Counted from the stretch's first letter, positions 1 to 12,087 are shown. The stretch: 64,000 nucleotides of DNA from Octopus bimaculoides (GCF_001194135.2 NC_068997.1:50456583-50520582); one strand, 5' to 3'. Numbers and translations are program-made. Notes: a model not told the origin generated them from the sequence alone.

Positions 1-460
1 GGGGGGGGGGGGCAGAGTTAGTAAGTGAAGGTGTGGAGGAAGAAGAGGCTGTCTGCTTGTTAATTGCGTGTGTGTATGGTTTGTCAGTGAAGGGTCTGAT
101 AATTGGTTATAGCAACAAGGAATCAAGATGATAAATGGCATCATAGCAGAAGTGGGTTTGTATGGATGACCACAGGGACTATTACCTAACATTGTATGTG
201 TGTGTGTGTGTGTGTGTGTTTGCATATAATAATATATATATATTTATATGAAGTTAAATACATGTCCAGTCATAGAGTGACCAATGGTTTCACATCCACA
301 AGGTGCTGGTCAGACTCCAATGATGAGCTGTCTGTAAAGCTATGTGCTTTAAGGACGTGAAACCACTGGTCACTCTATGACTGGACATGTATTTAACTTC
401 TTAACATTGCTTCTCAAACTTTTTAGAATAGGCTTCTTATTTGGATATATGATCCACTGA

Positions 461-505
<45 letters not shown>

Positions 506-1127
506 NNNNNNNNNNNNNNNNNNNNNNNNNNNNNNNNNNNNNNNNNNNNNNNNNNNNNNNNNNNNNNNNNNNNNNNNNNNNNNNNNNNNNNNNNNNNNNN
601 NNNNNNNNNNNNNNNNNNNNNNNNNNNNNNNNNNNNNNNNNNNNNNNNNNNNNNNNNNNNNNNNNNNNNNNNNNNNNNNNNNNNNNNNNNNNNNNNNNNN
701 NNNNNNNNNNNNNNNNNNNNNNNNNNNNNNNNNNNNNNNNNNNNNNNNNNNNNNNNNNNNNNNNNNNNNNNNNNNNNNNNNNNNNNNNNNNNNNNNNNNN
801 NNNNNNNNNNNNNNNNNNNNNNNNNNNNNNNNNNNNNNNNNNNNNNNNNNNNNNNNNNNNNNNNNNNNNNNNNNNNNNNNNNNNNNNNNNNNNNNNNNNN
901 NGAATCAAAACCGTTTAATTCCAAGATTTATGTTTAACAACTGAATGAATTTAATAAAGGCATCTAAATATGAAACATCATGAAAATTGTTCAAAACAAG
1001 TCCTTCTTGAGCGACACATTTTTCCATTCAGAATTACAGATTTTATTCATGGCATTTTGATTTACTGTCGGGTGACTTTTGGCCAACCCTGTATGCACAT
1101 ATATATATATACACACTCACATATATA

Positions 1128-1345
1128 CATGGTTGGCCAAAAATCACCCGGCAGTGAATCAAAACCGTTTAATTCCAAGATTTATGTTTAACAACTGAAT
1201 GAATTTAATAAAGGCATCTAAATATGAAACATCATGAAAATTGTTCAAAACAAGTCCTTCTTGAGCGACACATTTTTCCATTCAGAATTACAGATTTTAT
1301 TCATGGCATTTTGATTTACTGTCGGGTGACTTTTGGCCAACCCTG
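1128..1345. mobile_element. Tc1/mariner-type MITE, full copy (a second, gap-truncated copy at 902-1091)
   Basis: ~38-bp imperfect TIRs (CAtGGTTGGCCAAAAaTCACCCGgCAGTgAATCAAAA ... TTTTGATTTACTGTCGGGTGACTTTTGGCCAACCCTG), flanked by TA on both sides. Confidence 0.8.
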
Positions 1346-2010
1346 TATGCACATATATATATATACATACATACACAAATGCCCATACATGCATATACTC
1401 ACACACACACACATATATATAGATATATATGAGTGTGTGTGTATATACAGATATATATCTACACATACATACCTATACATGAATACGTACATACCTGTGC
1501 ATATACACACACACTCATTTGGAAGAGAGTAGATTCCATTTCTCAGGTTGCAGGTCTTTAGGAGTGTTGGCCACATTCTATGCAATATCTTTAAACAATG
1601 GCAAGTGGGGGCATGAAGGTGGAGGGCAAACCGAGAGAGGGGCTAACAGCCATTGACATCTGCGCTTGGTGTGGAACTGTCTGATGTCACTAACACCACT
1701 GATGGAAACAAAACAGAAGTGGCAAAAACTCAATGCTACATGATGGTAAGGGATTCTGTGGATCCCCCCTTATGCATATGGAGCAGCCAATATTGCTGGT
1801 AGAAAGGAAAATGGAAAGTGAGAGATGCTTACGGAGGTGGCAGGGTCTGTCCTGGAAATGAAAGATGCAGATAGGTTCAGAGCAGAACACACAGATGGGA
1901 CTGGAATATGTGGGAAACAAATGAGTATCCACCAGAATAGAAGGAGCAGAAAGAGTATCATAGCCAGAGAGAAGCTTATATGACTAAATCACTGGTGTTT
2001 GGAAGCTGAC

Positions 2011-2047
<37 letters not shown>

Positions 2048-2059
2048 CTGACTAGAGGA

Positions 2060-2590
2060 ATCTATTTTTGGCGATACTGTGGAGAATAGAGCCAGCTGCG
2101 CTGTGGTTCCTTCTAAGATGACTGTCTGATGTGCTCCCATCCTTGGCCAATCTTCAAACAGTGGAGGTTGTAGTGATGCCATTAACTGCCATCTGTATGG
2201 AGATTAAGAGACTAAACAGCATTGAGACATTTTCTGGCGGAATGCAATTCATCTCTTGTAGGATATTCTTTGTGGCATAACCAAGTCTTGAACTTGGTTT
2301 GCTAATGTGCCAAAGAATCATCATCATCGCTGTCAGGGCAATCGACACTGAGCTGTACCCTCTGTTTATACACAAAGCAAGTGGAAGTGTAACAAAAGAA
2401 AAGCCAAATTGTCTGAATGGTGCTAATGAGTGGAAGATAAAGCGGGATTTGGAAGAGGTGTTCATATGCCTAGGCCATGTTATGGCAATAACAAAACAAT
2501 GCCCCACCAACCTTATTATTTGGTCCATCTTAACCAAAGGAATTCTCAATTTTGAGTTAATTGTACCATTGGAAGTCAATAGGGAGTGAG
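2060..2590 (+). mobile_element. Decayed non-LTR retrotransposon with restriction-like endonuclease (HERO/NeSL/R2-like), 3' ORF relic
   Basis: Across frameshifts it reads DVLPSLANL, then C..LRHFLAEC...WHNQVL (CCHC knuckle plus RHN-like motif, 2187-2290), then CPTNLIIWSILTKGILNFELIVPLE (resembles the RPDxxxWS..K.....ELTVPWE RLE motif, ~2500-2580). Confidence 0.65.
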
Positions 2591-3959
2591 TACACACACG
2601 TGTGCGTGTGTGTATCTATCTACATCTACACACACATATATATATATATATATATACACACACATATATATATGTGTATATATGTATATAGTCTTATACT
2701 AGTTTTAATCATTGGACTGTGGCCATGCTGGAACACCACCTTCAAGGGCATAGTTGAGATTACATTGACTATTATAATGACCTTGAGAGGATGGAGGGTA
2801 AAGCAGACCTAGGTGGGATTTGAACTCAGAATGTAAAGGTACATAACTGAATACCACGAGTCATTTTCACCGATGCTCTACTGATTCTGTTATATATCTT
2901 TATTTTATGACAAGAGAAATTCCTCTCCTTCAGTTTGAGGAGCGACGGATCTGGTGATAGAAACAGAGGCATCCATGAATCTTGAGACCAAAATGGGTTT
3001 ACACAAGGCACGGTGGCTCATCCTCCGTCTCCCTTGCTCCTCAGCTGAAAAATTGGGGCCCAGAACATCCTGGACCCAGAATGCAGCTTAAGAAGAAGAT
3101 TGTTTCTTTATGCAAACTGAGTTGCTATTAGTTCATCAGGACCAAACATTATAAAAGGTCCCCGCCGTTTCCCACCAGCGTGGCCCACTTTCTTGTTGTT
3201 AACAAGAACCTCCATTGAGTTTGTATTTACTAGTCAAACATAGTCCAGCTCATTTGGGACATAACCCAGTGATCAGCTGCTTGTATCATGTACACAGTGA
3301 TCTTAGATATGTGTTCCTACAAATGGTCAGTCCTGTGAGCATGCTTAGCCAGCATAGTGAATAGTGAGCACAGTTTCACCACTCCACTATTGGAAGATAA
3401 AGCTTCGGTTAGGCTGATATGATCTGCAACCCTACTAAGTACCATCTCAATTATTCAACACGATGACCCTAAAGTATTGATACTAATCAATCAATCTATA
3501 ATTTAGGCATGTCCACAGAGGCACAACATTCTACCAAGAAGCCCATATTTTTACAGTTCTTTCTTAATTCCTTGCAAAAAATCGATGCAAAGGATTGATT
3601 GTTAATGACTTTTGAAAAACATTTGGACTTGGGGAAGTGAAGTTGCTACCTGTAGGTTGGTAGGTTGCTTTCAGGAGCAGTTGGAAGACTTTCACCGACT
3701 TCGTAATGATGTCAAATTTATCAACCTCTAACACAGTTGTTACCTCAATATCCTAAAGGACCTTTGAACATACAATCCAGATGTTGAACTCTGACACCAA
3801 AATGTATAACCTCGTTGGGTTCACACATGAAAAGATCATGCGTATGAGTCAAATTGGACCAACGCTGCAGAAAATACTATTTAACAATGTATGGACAAAC
3901 ACATCCATGCAGACAGACATATAAACACCTTACACATCTCTCTACCCTTTTCTCTCTCT

Positions 3960-3993
<34 letters not shown>

Positions 3994-5033
3994 GAAGAAA
4001 GATTTTTTTTAATCAAAAATTTATTAATTATACAAAAAAAAAACTTAAAATAGCAAAATGGTAAGAACCTTTTGGAAGGTTCATGCCATTCTGGATTTTC
4101 TTTAAAGATTTTTATGTAATTAATAATTTTTAATTTAAGCAAATCTTGCTTCAAATATTGTGACTGTATGAAGAATTCTTCGCAAATCCTTTTATAAAAT
4201 GTGTGTGTGTATAAGTGTGTGTGTGTGTGTGTGTATTTAGATACACAGATGGTGGATCTGATTTTGTAAAAGACCACACCATTAATAGCTGACAACCAGC
4301 AACATCCCTTTACAAAATTGCACATAAGCCATGAACCATCAAAATTCAAAATAATGCTGCCACAACAGCACAAAAGACGCCATTTTACTACAAGGGCCAA
4401 TACATTTGTGCCTGCAGATGGCCTCTTGACACCTGATGCCAAGACCCACACTTTGGACAGGAACTTTCTCTGCACTCAACAACAGAATTGGAGTAAATTC
4501 TAAGCTGGTGAGATACAGGCTTTCAAAAGCCAAGTGTAGACACCTCAAGTCATTCTTGCTGTTGGAATTGAACCAGGGACTGGTTCCTTAGAAACCTACT
4601 GACTAGCAATGCTATTGTTCTCAAATGTACAATATGTATATATATAAAGGGGAAGAAAAAAAAAACATTTATCAACAGCAAGAGTGAAGGAGAAGGAGGA
4701 GGAGGAGTGAAGAAGAAGAAGAAGAAAAAGAAGAAGTCTAAGGTGAAGATAAAAAGAAAAAATGAGTAAAAAAAAAAGAAGGGCCGTACAGAGGGAGAAA
4801 GGAGAACCAGGAGGTCAACTGGTTGGAAAGATGTAAAATTGAAGTCATCTTTCTGGAACCAAATAAGAAATTCTAGTCAAAGAGCAAGAAACCTTGGAAT
4901 CGGTTCCTTCGTCCAGCTTGCTCTCTTAAAAAAAAAAAAAAAAAAAAAGAAAAAGAAGAGAAAGATGAAGATATTTTTCAGTTTGTAAAATGTCCACTTC
5001 AAATCCATTTTTTAAAAAAACTCTACATTTTTG

Positions 5034-5039
5034 TTTATT
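5034..5039 (-). promoter_or_regulatory. Candidate PDK polyadenylation signal
   Basis: AATAAA on the minus strand ~200 nt after the stop, with a U-rich tract downstream (plus-strand A-run near 4927-4950). Another AATAAA lies at 4020-4025. No transcript evidence. Confidence 0.3.
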
Positions 5040-5235
5040 TAAAACTTTCCATTCTCAGCAGCCGAAGCCTCTGAACAAAACAGCTCTTGGTACAATCGTC
5101 ACTACTAGCTGTAACTCATGCTCGTACAGTTGTCTGAACTAGCTGTGACTCGTGTTGTTGTTGTTGTTTGTAGGTAACAACAGTTGTCACAGCGAGTCCG
5201 TGACTCGTGTTGTTGTTTGGTTGCATTTGTCACTA

Positions 5236-5364
5236 CTAACTGCGACTCATGTTCGTACCAGCCCCCGGAGAACTCCAGTCTGAAATCAGGGTATCCGTAT
5301 GGTACATTCTCGAAGCAGTCGTGTTGTAAACAGGCAGAAGTTCATTCGCTTCACTTGGAAACAA
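5236..5364 (-). CDS. PDK: PDK terminal coding exon
   Basis: Acceptor GAATTTCATTTTAG. Encodes LFPSEANELLPVYNTTASRMYHTDTLISDWSSPGAGTNMSRS*, including ELLPVYN and the C-terminal DW motif. Stop TAG is followed by TAG TGA. Confidence 0.93.
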   Translation of the reverse strand: MFPSEANELLPVYNTTASRMYHTDTLISDWSSPGAGTNMSRS

Positions 5365-6934
5365 CTAAAATGAAATTCAGAAAAAACAACAAAGTTATTT
5401 CACACTTCTGCTTTTTGGGGACTTTTTTTTTTGTTTAAAAAATAAAAATACTGTTAAGGAAAAGAAAAGGGAAAATAACAAAAACTTCTAACAATGCAAA
5501 ATATTCCACAAAGACCTTTATATTTCACTAATATAAAAAAAAAAAAAAACTATTGATAGTTCAGTTTTAGTGGTGAAAATGTTGGACTTGACAAGAATCG
5601 AAAGATGAAACCATTCGGCCAGTGTTGTTCTGATGTCTCGCAGAGCAAGGGAGGTAACTCTACTAGCTCCATTTGCATCAGCTATCGACTAGCATCTTTT
5701 ACTCCAACAGCACCAAACGGCATTGGTGTTACTTGGGATAATCGGAGTTCTTTTTTCGCCTACATTACAGAATGTTTTTCTCCTTCTACAATCCATTCAA
5801 TTACCACACGAAAATGGATGCTGCTGTAACTCCTCCAACAAAGAATTATTTTGTTCATTTACCGTGGGTTCCCTCTTCACAGCCCAGGTTGGAACCCAGC
5901 CATAATAAATAAATTCTCTCTTCATCTTTAGTCTTTCTCCCAAATCCATGACAAAGCATTTTCCACTTCCTTCTCCAATTCACAAATCACTGTTCTATTT
6001 TCCTTCCTAACAGGCCATATAGGACATAATGGATCTAGATACGAATACACAAGATCCCACCTTTACTGGAACGACTGTACACAGCAATCCTCATACATAA
6101 CACAATTCCTTAAGTCCTTCGTAGCCTCTTCCTTTCATCAATTCAACCCATATTGCCATCCCGAGATATCATAAGCTCAACCACCTGGATTTTTTTCTTT
6201 TCTCAAGCCAGACCATAACTTAAGTGCAGGCCACTGCTTTGTAATTGTCAGTTGGTAATTATTCACACCTGTTACAAATAATCAACAGGTATGTGTGCTT
6301 GTTGGTTATTTGAAACATAGTTAACAATGTTCAAACATTACCACTGCTACTTTCCTCAAAGTTGCTAAAGTATATAATCACTGTGGTGACAAGAAGGCCA
6401 TCAGGCTGTAGAAAATCTGCCTCAACAAGTTATGTTTGACCCATGCAAGTATGGAAAAAGGGATGTTAAAACACAATAACTATACCCACTTAACAGAATA
6501 CAAAAAACCTCAGTAATCCTTAAGTTGATGTCAGTGTTCGGACATTAAATGATGATGATGATGAAACTAGATGATGGATAAATCTTCCCCTGGACAGGAA
6601 GCCAGTCTATCTCAGGGAACACCCTCTAAATTATTTAGTATCTTCTGATAACATCTCTAACTCAAAGTGAACTATCTTCTGAGTATTTCATTACCAGACC
6701 ATCTTAGTTGGAAGTACAATACCATATTCAATTGGCATTAGGTGACTAGGTTTCCACAGAACATCATAGCATGTTCTAAGGAACTAAACCATTGGCTTCT
6801 CTTCAAGAATACATAACTTCTTACTATATATGGAGCTATACCATAACTGTTGCACATAAACATTCAACTGGAGGAACAGTGGAGATAGTCCATTGATGGA
6901 AAGAAAAGGGTTTTATTTAAAACGTTCAACTGAC

Positions 6935-7048
6935 CTTTAGATAGATAAATGCATCGGTTCCAAAGCCTTCAACAGAGCTAAGGATCAAATCTCCATGGAA
7001 GTAACGAGCGTAGAGACGAGACAATGGTAAGCCGTAACCATAACCAGC
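6935..7048 (-). CDS. PDK: PDK coding exon 10
   Basis: 114 nt, phase 0-0, donor GTCAGT. Encodes [38 protein letters not shown] (G2 box GxGxGL and EGxGT). Confidence 0.97.
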
Positions 7049-7309
7049 CTATTGGAGAGAAAAATGGGAAGAAAACAATGGAGATGTAGAGATGAATCAT
7101 CAATATGCATTATTACACACTAGGGTGTTACACATCATACGAAATGTAACTTTGGAAGTATACTTTTGCCACCCTGGGTAATATAAAGAAATATAGCATA
7201 CATACAATAATCATAATTCAACTTTTATCAAATTTCTTAGTGTTCATACAAAATGGTGAAATGGATGCCACTTTTCAAAAGAAAAATATTTATTACCTTA
7301 AATAGCATG

Positions 7310-7480
7310 ATCAGGATAAATTATCCATATAATGCAGAAAAATACGTTACCGGCCAGCCATGAGACTCGAACTCACATCCCTGTGATTACATGTCAAGTG
7401 TTTTCACAGAGATGTAAGTTCGAATCTCATGGCTGGCCAGTAACGTATTTTTCTGCATTATATAGATAATTTATCCTGAT
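7310..7480. mobile_element. Palindromic MITE-like element
   Basis: 77-bp inverted arms (7310-7386 and 7404-7480), 17-nt loop, flanked by the near-direct 8-bp repeat ATAGCATG/ATAGCATT. Confidence 0.75.
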
Positions 7481-7685
7481 ATAGCATTATCACATGTTTG
7501 AGAAATAAATTTATTTCTGTATCTTACAATACATGTCAATGCTTCTAAAGACAAACTTCGTTTACTTTCATCGTAAAGTTGAATTTATTACCTTAAAATT
7601 AAATGAAATTAAACAAATTTCTCGTTTGTATATTTGCCCTCACAGAGAACATTCAAAGATTATGAAATATGAACTCTTGGTGGAC

Positions 7686-8087
7686 GCAAGTGTGATTGTG
7701 TGGTTAAGAAGATTACTTCCCATACATGTGCTCTTGGGTTCAGTCCCACTGTGTGGTACCTTGGGCAAGTGTCTTCTGTTATAGCTCCATACCGATCAAT
7801 GCATTGCATAGGGATTTGGTAAACAGAAACGAAACAAGCCCGTCATGTATGTTTGTGTGTGTACCCAAGTCTTGACATCACGTGACAATTGTAAATGAGC
7901 ATCAGCATCATACAAGTGATGTTGTGTGTTCCCATTCCTCCATAACAAACATGTCTGGCCACGGAGAACTATCACTTTGCTTTGAAACAGGTGGGGGTTG
8001 GTGACAGGAAGAGCATCCGGTCACAGAAAATCTGCCTCAACAAATTCCATCTGACCCACACAAACATGAAAAAGTGGACGTTAAAAC
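7686..8087 (+). mobile_element. tRNA-derived SINE (family A head with RTE-like tail)
   Basis: Head TGTGGTTAAGAAG...GGGTTCAGTCCCAC...CCTTGGGCAAGTG. Tail GGAAGAGCATCC...AAAATCTGCCTCAA...GTGGACGTTAAAACG. Related copies or fragments at 10070-10575 (-), 12905-13220 (+), 14290-14500 (+) and 58215-58470 (+). Confidence 0.75.
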
Positions 8088-9002
8088 GAAGTTAATCGTA
8101 GAGAAGCTGTTAGAAAAAATAAATAAATAAATAAAGAGTTGTCCACCCTTGCCTTGACTAAAGATGGTGAAGATGACGATAACAAGAAATCTGTAGATGA
8201 TTATTTAGCGTTGCTGATTCGAGTTGTTTGGCCCAAGATCAGCGTTGACAGGATAAAAGGCATTCAAGCCGTGATAGCCTATGTATTTATTTATTTTACA
8301 GGAGTTGACTACCTCAGAATGAATTACCCAATGTGTCTCTTTTTAAGACGGTAAGACGAAGTTTTATGGGAGATTTTGGATACTATTTTCAGCAGGTCAG
8401 GTGATCACTGGAGCAGGTATAGCTGTGTGGTTAAGAATCTCGCTTCCTAACCACATGGTTTCAGCTTCAGTCCCACATCGTCAAGTGTCTTGTATCATAG
8501 CTTCTGTCTAACCAAAAGGCTGCGTGTGGATTTCGTGAAACAGAAACTGAAAACAGGCCATCGTAGATGTGTGTGTGTGTATAACTCTATATCATAAAAT
8601 CCACATAGTTGAGATCCGACAGACTATTAGAAAACCTCTTGAGGGCAGGTTGTTCGTGTCATGTCACTGGAACTTGGCTATGTCCATCCCTGGACGAGAT
8701 ATTTTTATTACACTCAATCGTCAGATAACCAATGAAAAAGTGTGCAGTTATCTCCCTTACAAGAGTAGAGTTTAAAGTTTTGTGCGTGCATCTTTTATTT
8801 TTTACTTGTTTCAGTCATTAGACTGCGGCCATGCTGGGGCACCGCCTCGAGGAATTTTAGTCTGTTGTGGCACGGTTTTTATGGCTGGATGCGCTTCCTA
8901 ACGCCAACCACTTTACAGAGGGTGCTGGGTGCATTTTACTTGCCACCAGTATGGGTGCATTTATGCAACAGCAGCACAGGTACCATCCGAGTCTGATTCT
9001 TG

Positions 9003-9402
9003 CCAGGGTTGCTGATTGGCTCCAGTGCCGGTGGCATGTAAAAAGCACCATTCAAGCGTGATCGTTGCCAGCATTGCCTTACTGGCACATGTGCCGGTGG
9101 CACGTGAAAAACAACATTAGAGCATGGCCGTTGCCAGTGCCGCCGGACTGGCTCCTGTGCAGGTAGCACGTAAAAAACACCTTTTGAGCATGGTCGTTGC
9201 CAGAACTGCCTGACTGGCCCTCGTGCCGGTGGCACGTAAAACCACCCACTACACTTTTGGAGTGGTTGGCATTAGGAAGGGCATCCAGCTGTAGAAACTT
9301 TGCCAGATCAGATTGGAGCCTGGGGCAGCCTTCTGGCTCACCAGTCCTCAGTCAAACCGTCCAACCCATACCAGCATGGAAAGCGGACGTTAAATGATGA
9401 TG
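9003..9402 (+). mobile_element. RTE LINE 3' end with four 66-bp internal repeats
   Basis: GTGGCAYGTRAAAA-like anchors at 9031, 9097, 9163 and 9229. Ends ...CCAGCATGGAAAGCGGACGTTAAA(TGA)n. The same tail follows the RTE ORF at 39830-40563. Confidence 0.8.
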
Positions 9403-9752
9403 ATAAGAATTGTATAAAAAAATCTTATATGGACCCCACCCCCACCCAAGGGTCACATGGACACTTGTTGAGAACCACTGCTATACATAGTGATTTAATC
9501 TGTTAGAAATAGCAGCCAAATCTCCCACAAATCACACTCTATTGGTCTTAATGAAAACAGATGCATACATTGTATAATATAGTCCTAGATACTCCTAAAA
9601 ATATAAGCTGGCCCTGGCTGGAATGTCTCTGATCACAGTTCTACTTAATCAGGGATGACCTATGGCTAAACAACAAGAAATTCCTTGTCTCAAAACGAAA
9701 CAACAATAAATGTCCATGAGAACAGAGAAAGGAGGAGGAGAGGAAGACTTAC

Positions 9753-9863
9753 CAGTGGTGCTGATCCATTCTCTGATCGCATTGGTTGTGGTGCAGTGGA
9801 ATACATGTAATGGAACAACAAGTCAGACTTACTCCGAGGAATGCCGCCTCCTTGGTCACTCAT
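9753..9863 (-). CDS. PDK: PDK coding exon 9
   Basis: 111 nt, phase 0-0, donor GTAAGT. Encodes MSDQGGGIPRSKSDLLFHYMYSTAPQPMRSENGSAPL (G1 box DxGxG; YMYSTAP). Confidence 0.97.
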
Positions 9864-10736
9864 CTACAAGAAACAGAAGGAACATCTTGCATCAGTGTCA
9901 ATGATACATAATGTTTTATAACAATTCTTGTAAGAATAGCCAAAAAAAACACCGCATTAAATTGGTCATCGAATGGTTCATCAATGCAAACAGTAACAGC
10001 ACAATAATTGGTTGGTAATAAAAGACGAGAAACATACAGGAGAGAGGAATGGTCATTGTAAATGTTTTAAATGGCTGTTCTTTCCATGTTTGCATGGATC
10101 AGATGGAATTCATTGAGGCAGATTTTCTACCTCCAGATGCCTTTCCTCCTGTCACCAACCCACACCTGTTTCCAAGCAAGGTAATAATTCTCCATGGCTG
10201 GACTAGTTTTCATGAAAGATTGCAAATGAAGGACACTGCTTGTATGACGGTGACACTTGTTTACAATCATCATGTGATGGATGGCAAGAAAAGACGCACA
10301 CTCATATATACATACATGCCTCTCTCTCTCTCTCTCTTTATATATATATATATATATATATATAGATATATATATATATACACACATACATATACATACA
10401 TACATACTCTCTCTCACACACATACACACACACAAGCCTCTTTCAGTTTCTGTTTACCAAATCCATACATAACACTTTGGAGCCAGGGTTATAGTAGAAG
10501 ACATTTGCCCAGGTGTCACACAATGGGACTGAACCCAAGATCACATGACTGAGAGGCAAACTCCTTAACCACAGTTTTTGTAGCTACAGACTGAATAATG
10601 ATGAAGTGAATCATCAGTTTTTTTCCAAAGAATTTAAACTCTGCTTCATATATTGAATAATCTTTCTCTCAATTATAACCCCAAATATAGTGTGTATGTG
10701 TGTGTGTGTGTGTGTCTGTGTATGCATATGGATGGG

Positions 10737-10771
<35 letters not shown>

Positions 10772-10782
10772 CTATACTAAAC

Positions 10783-10881
10783 CTTTATAGTCACATCTTC
10801 ATCTCCTTTGGTGATGCCGACATTTAACTTTGGCAGTTCCATGTCTTCGGGGTGATACTCAACAACAGCTCTCATGGCATT
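10783..10881 (-). CDS. PDK: PDK coding exon 8
   Basis: 99 nt, phase 0-0. Encodes NAMRAVVEYHPEDMELPKLNVGITKGDEDVTIK and completes the GHKL N-box (ELFKNAMRA). Confidence 0.96.
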
Positions 10882-12087
10882 CTACAAATGACAGCAAGAA
10901 TATTCTCTTTAGCATTATATAAGTTTAATGGAAAGATTTGTCAAAGAATAACATACACACATATATACACATACTATATATCAACATAAATCGATGTATT
11001 TGATGGTATATAAGATGCACATTTAAAACATTCAAGAAATTACTTCAGGTACAAAGTTGCATAAATATTACCTGCTTTAAGGCACTAAAAACTGAGTATG
11101 CACTACCAAAACCAGGGTATGCTCGTGCTCGGGCCCCGAAAGAGAAGGTACATGAGCACCCTGCTTGCAGCTGTCCCTGCTGGTTGCTTGCTACGAACCT
11201 ACAGCAAGGCTTCACAACATGGCCAACCTTTGCACGCTCTCTTCTATCATAGTTTGGATCATGAGAGACATTCTAAAAACTGGGGACAGTAGAATACATT
11301 TAACAGTGAATTGTCATAGCAAATGAACAGATCAAACTGTTGTCTGCTCAATAATATTGTGACTGAAAACATGAGACAGACAAATGAAATGATAATACTG
11401 TGACTCAAAGAAAAGAAACAGACAGATACAAAATACTCCATCAAACCAAAAACTACCGTCCTTTTAAGATGGTAATGTGTAGTTTGAGGGGGTATTTGGC
11501 TAATATTTCTAGCAAACCGAGTTATTATGTAGTGGCTCTCTTGTTTGTATCAATATGTTTTACTACTTTGCTGTTGCTATACGTTGGATCCAGCTATTTC
11601 AAGGCCAACACTTTTCCAGACTGATTCCATGTCTTACACCAAAATTGTCGTTGTCATTGCTACCGCCACCATCATGATCATCTTCATTTAACATGCATGT
11701 TCCATGCTGGAATCCAATGGGCCCAAGCACTGTGCTCCAGTGTTTGTTTGGCATGGTTTCTATGGTTGGATGCCCTTCCTAATGCCAACCACTTTACTTC
11801 ATGTACTGGGTGCTATTTTCATGCCTCCAGCACTAGTGAAGTTGCCAGGCAACTAGCAAGACTATAAGCCTTTAGGGAAGTGGGGACGACTTCATGCTAG
11901 GAGGATAAAGAATGGAGAATGGTAAGATATGAGAGAAATGGCCAGAGCAGAATAGGTTTCTTGTTGTAGAAGAGCTACATTGACAACTCACTTTTAGAAG
12001 AGGGGGAGATGATTTCTTAATTGATTAAGTTGATAATTACTGAAAATAAATAAATGAATAATAATAATAAAAACAGAAATGACTTAC

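Noticed and set aside
1600-1980. Possible Penelope/GIY-YIG retroelement fragment
   Set aside because: Only a vague resemblance; no diagnostic motif could be read.
9031-9245. CRISPR-like 66-bp periodic repeat
   Set aside because: The 'spacers' resemble each other, and the block runs into the RTE LINE 3' tail seen elsewhere in the window.
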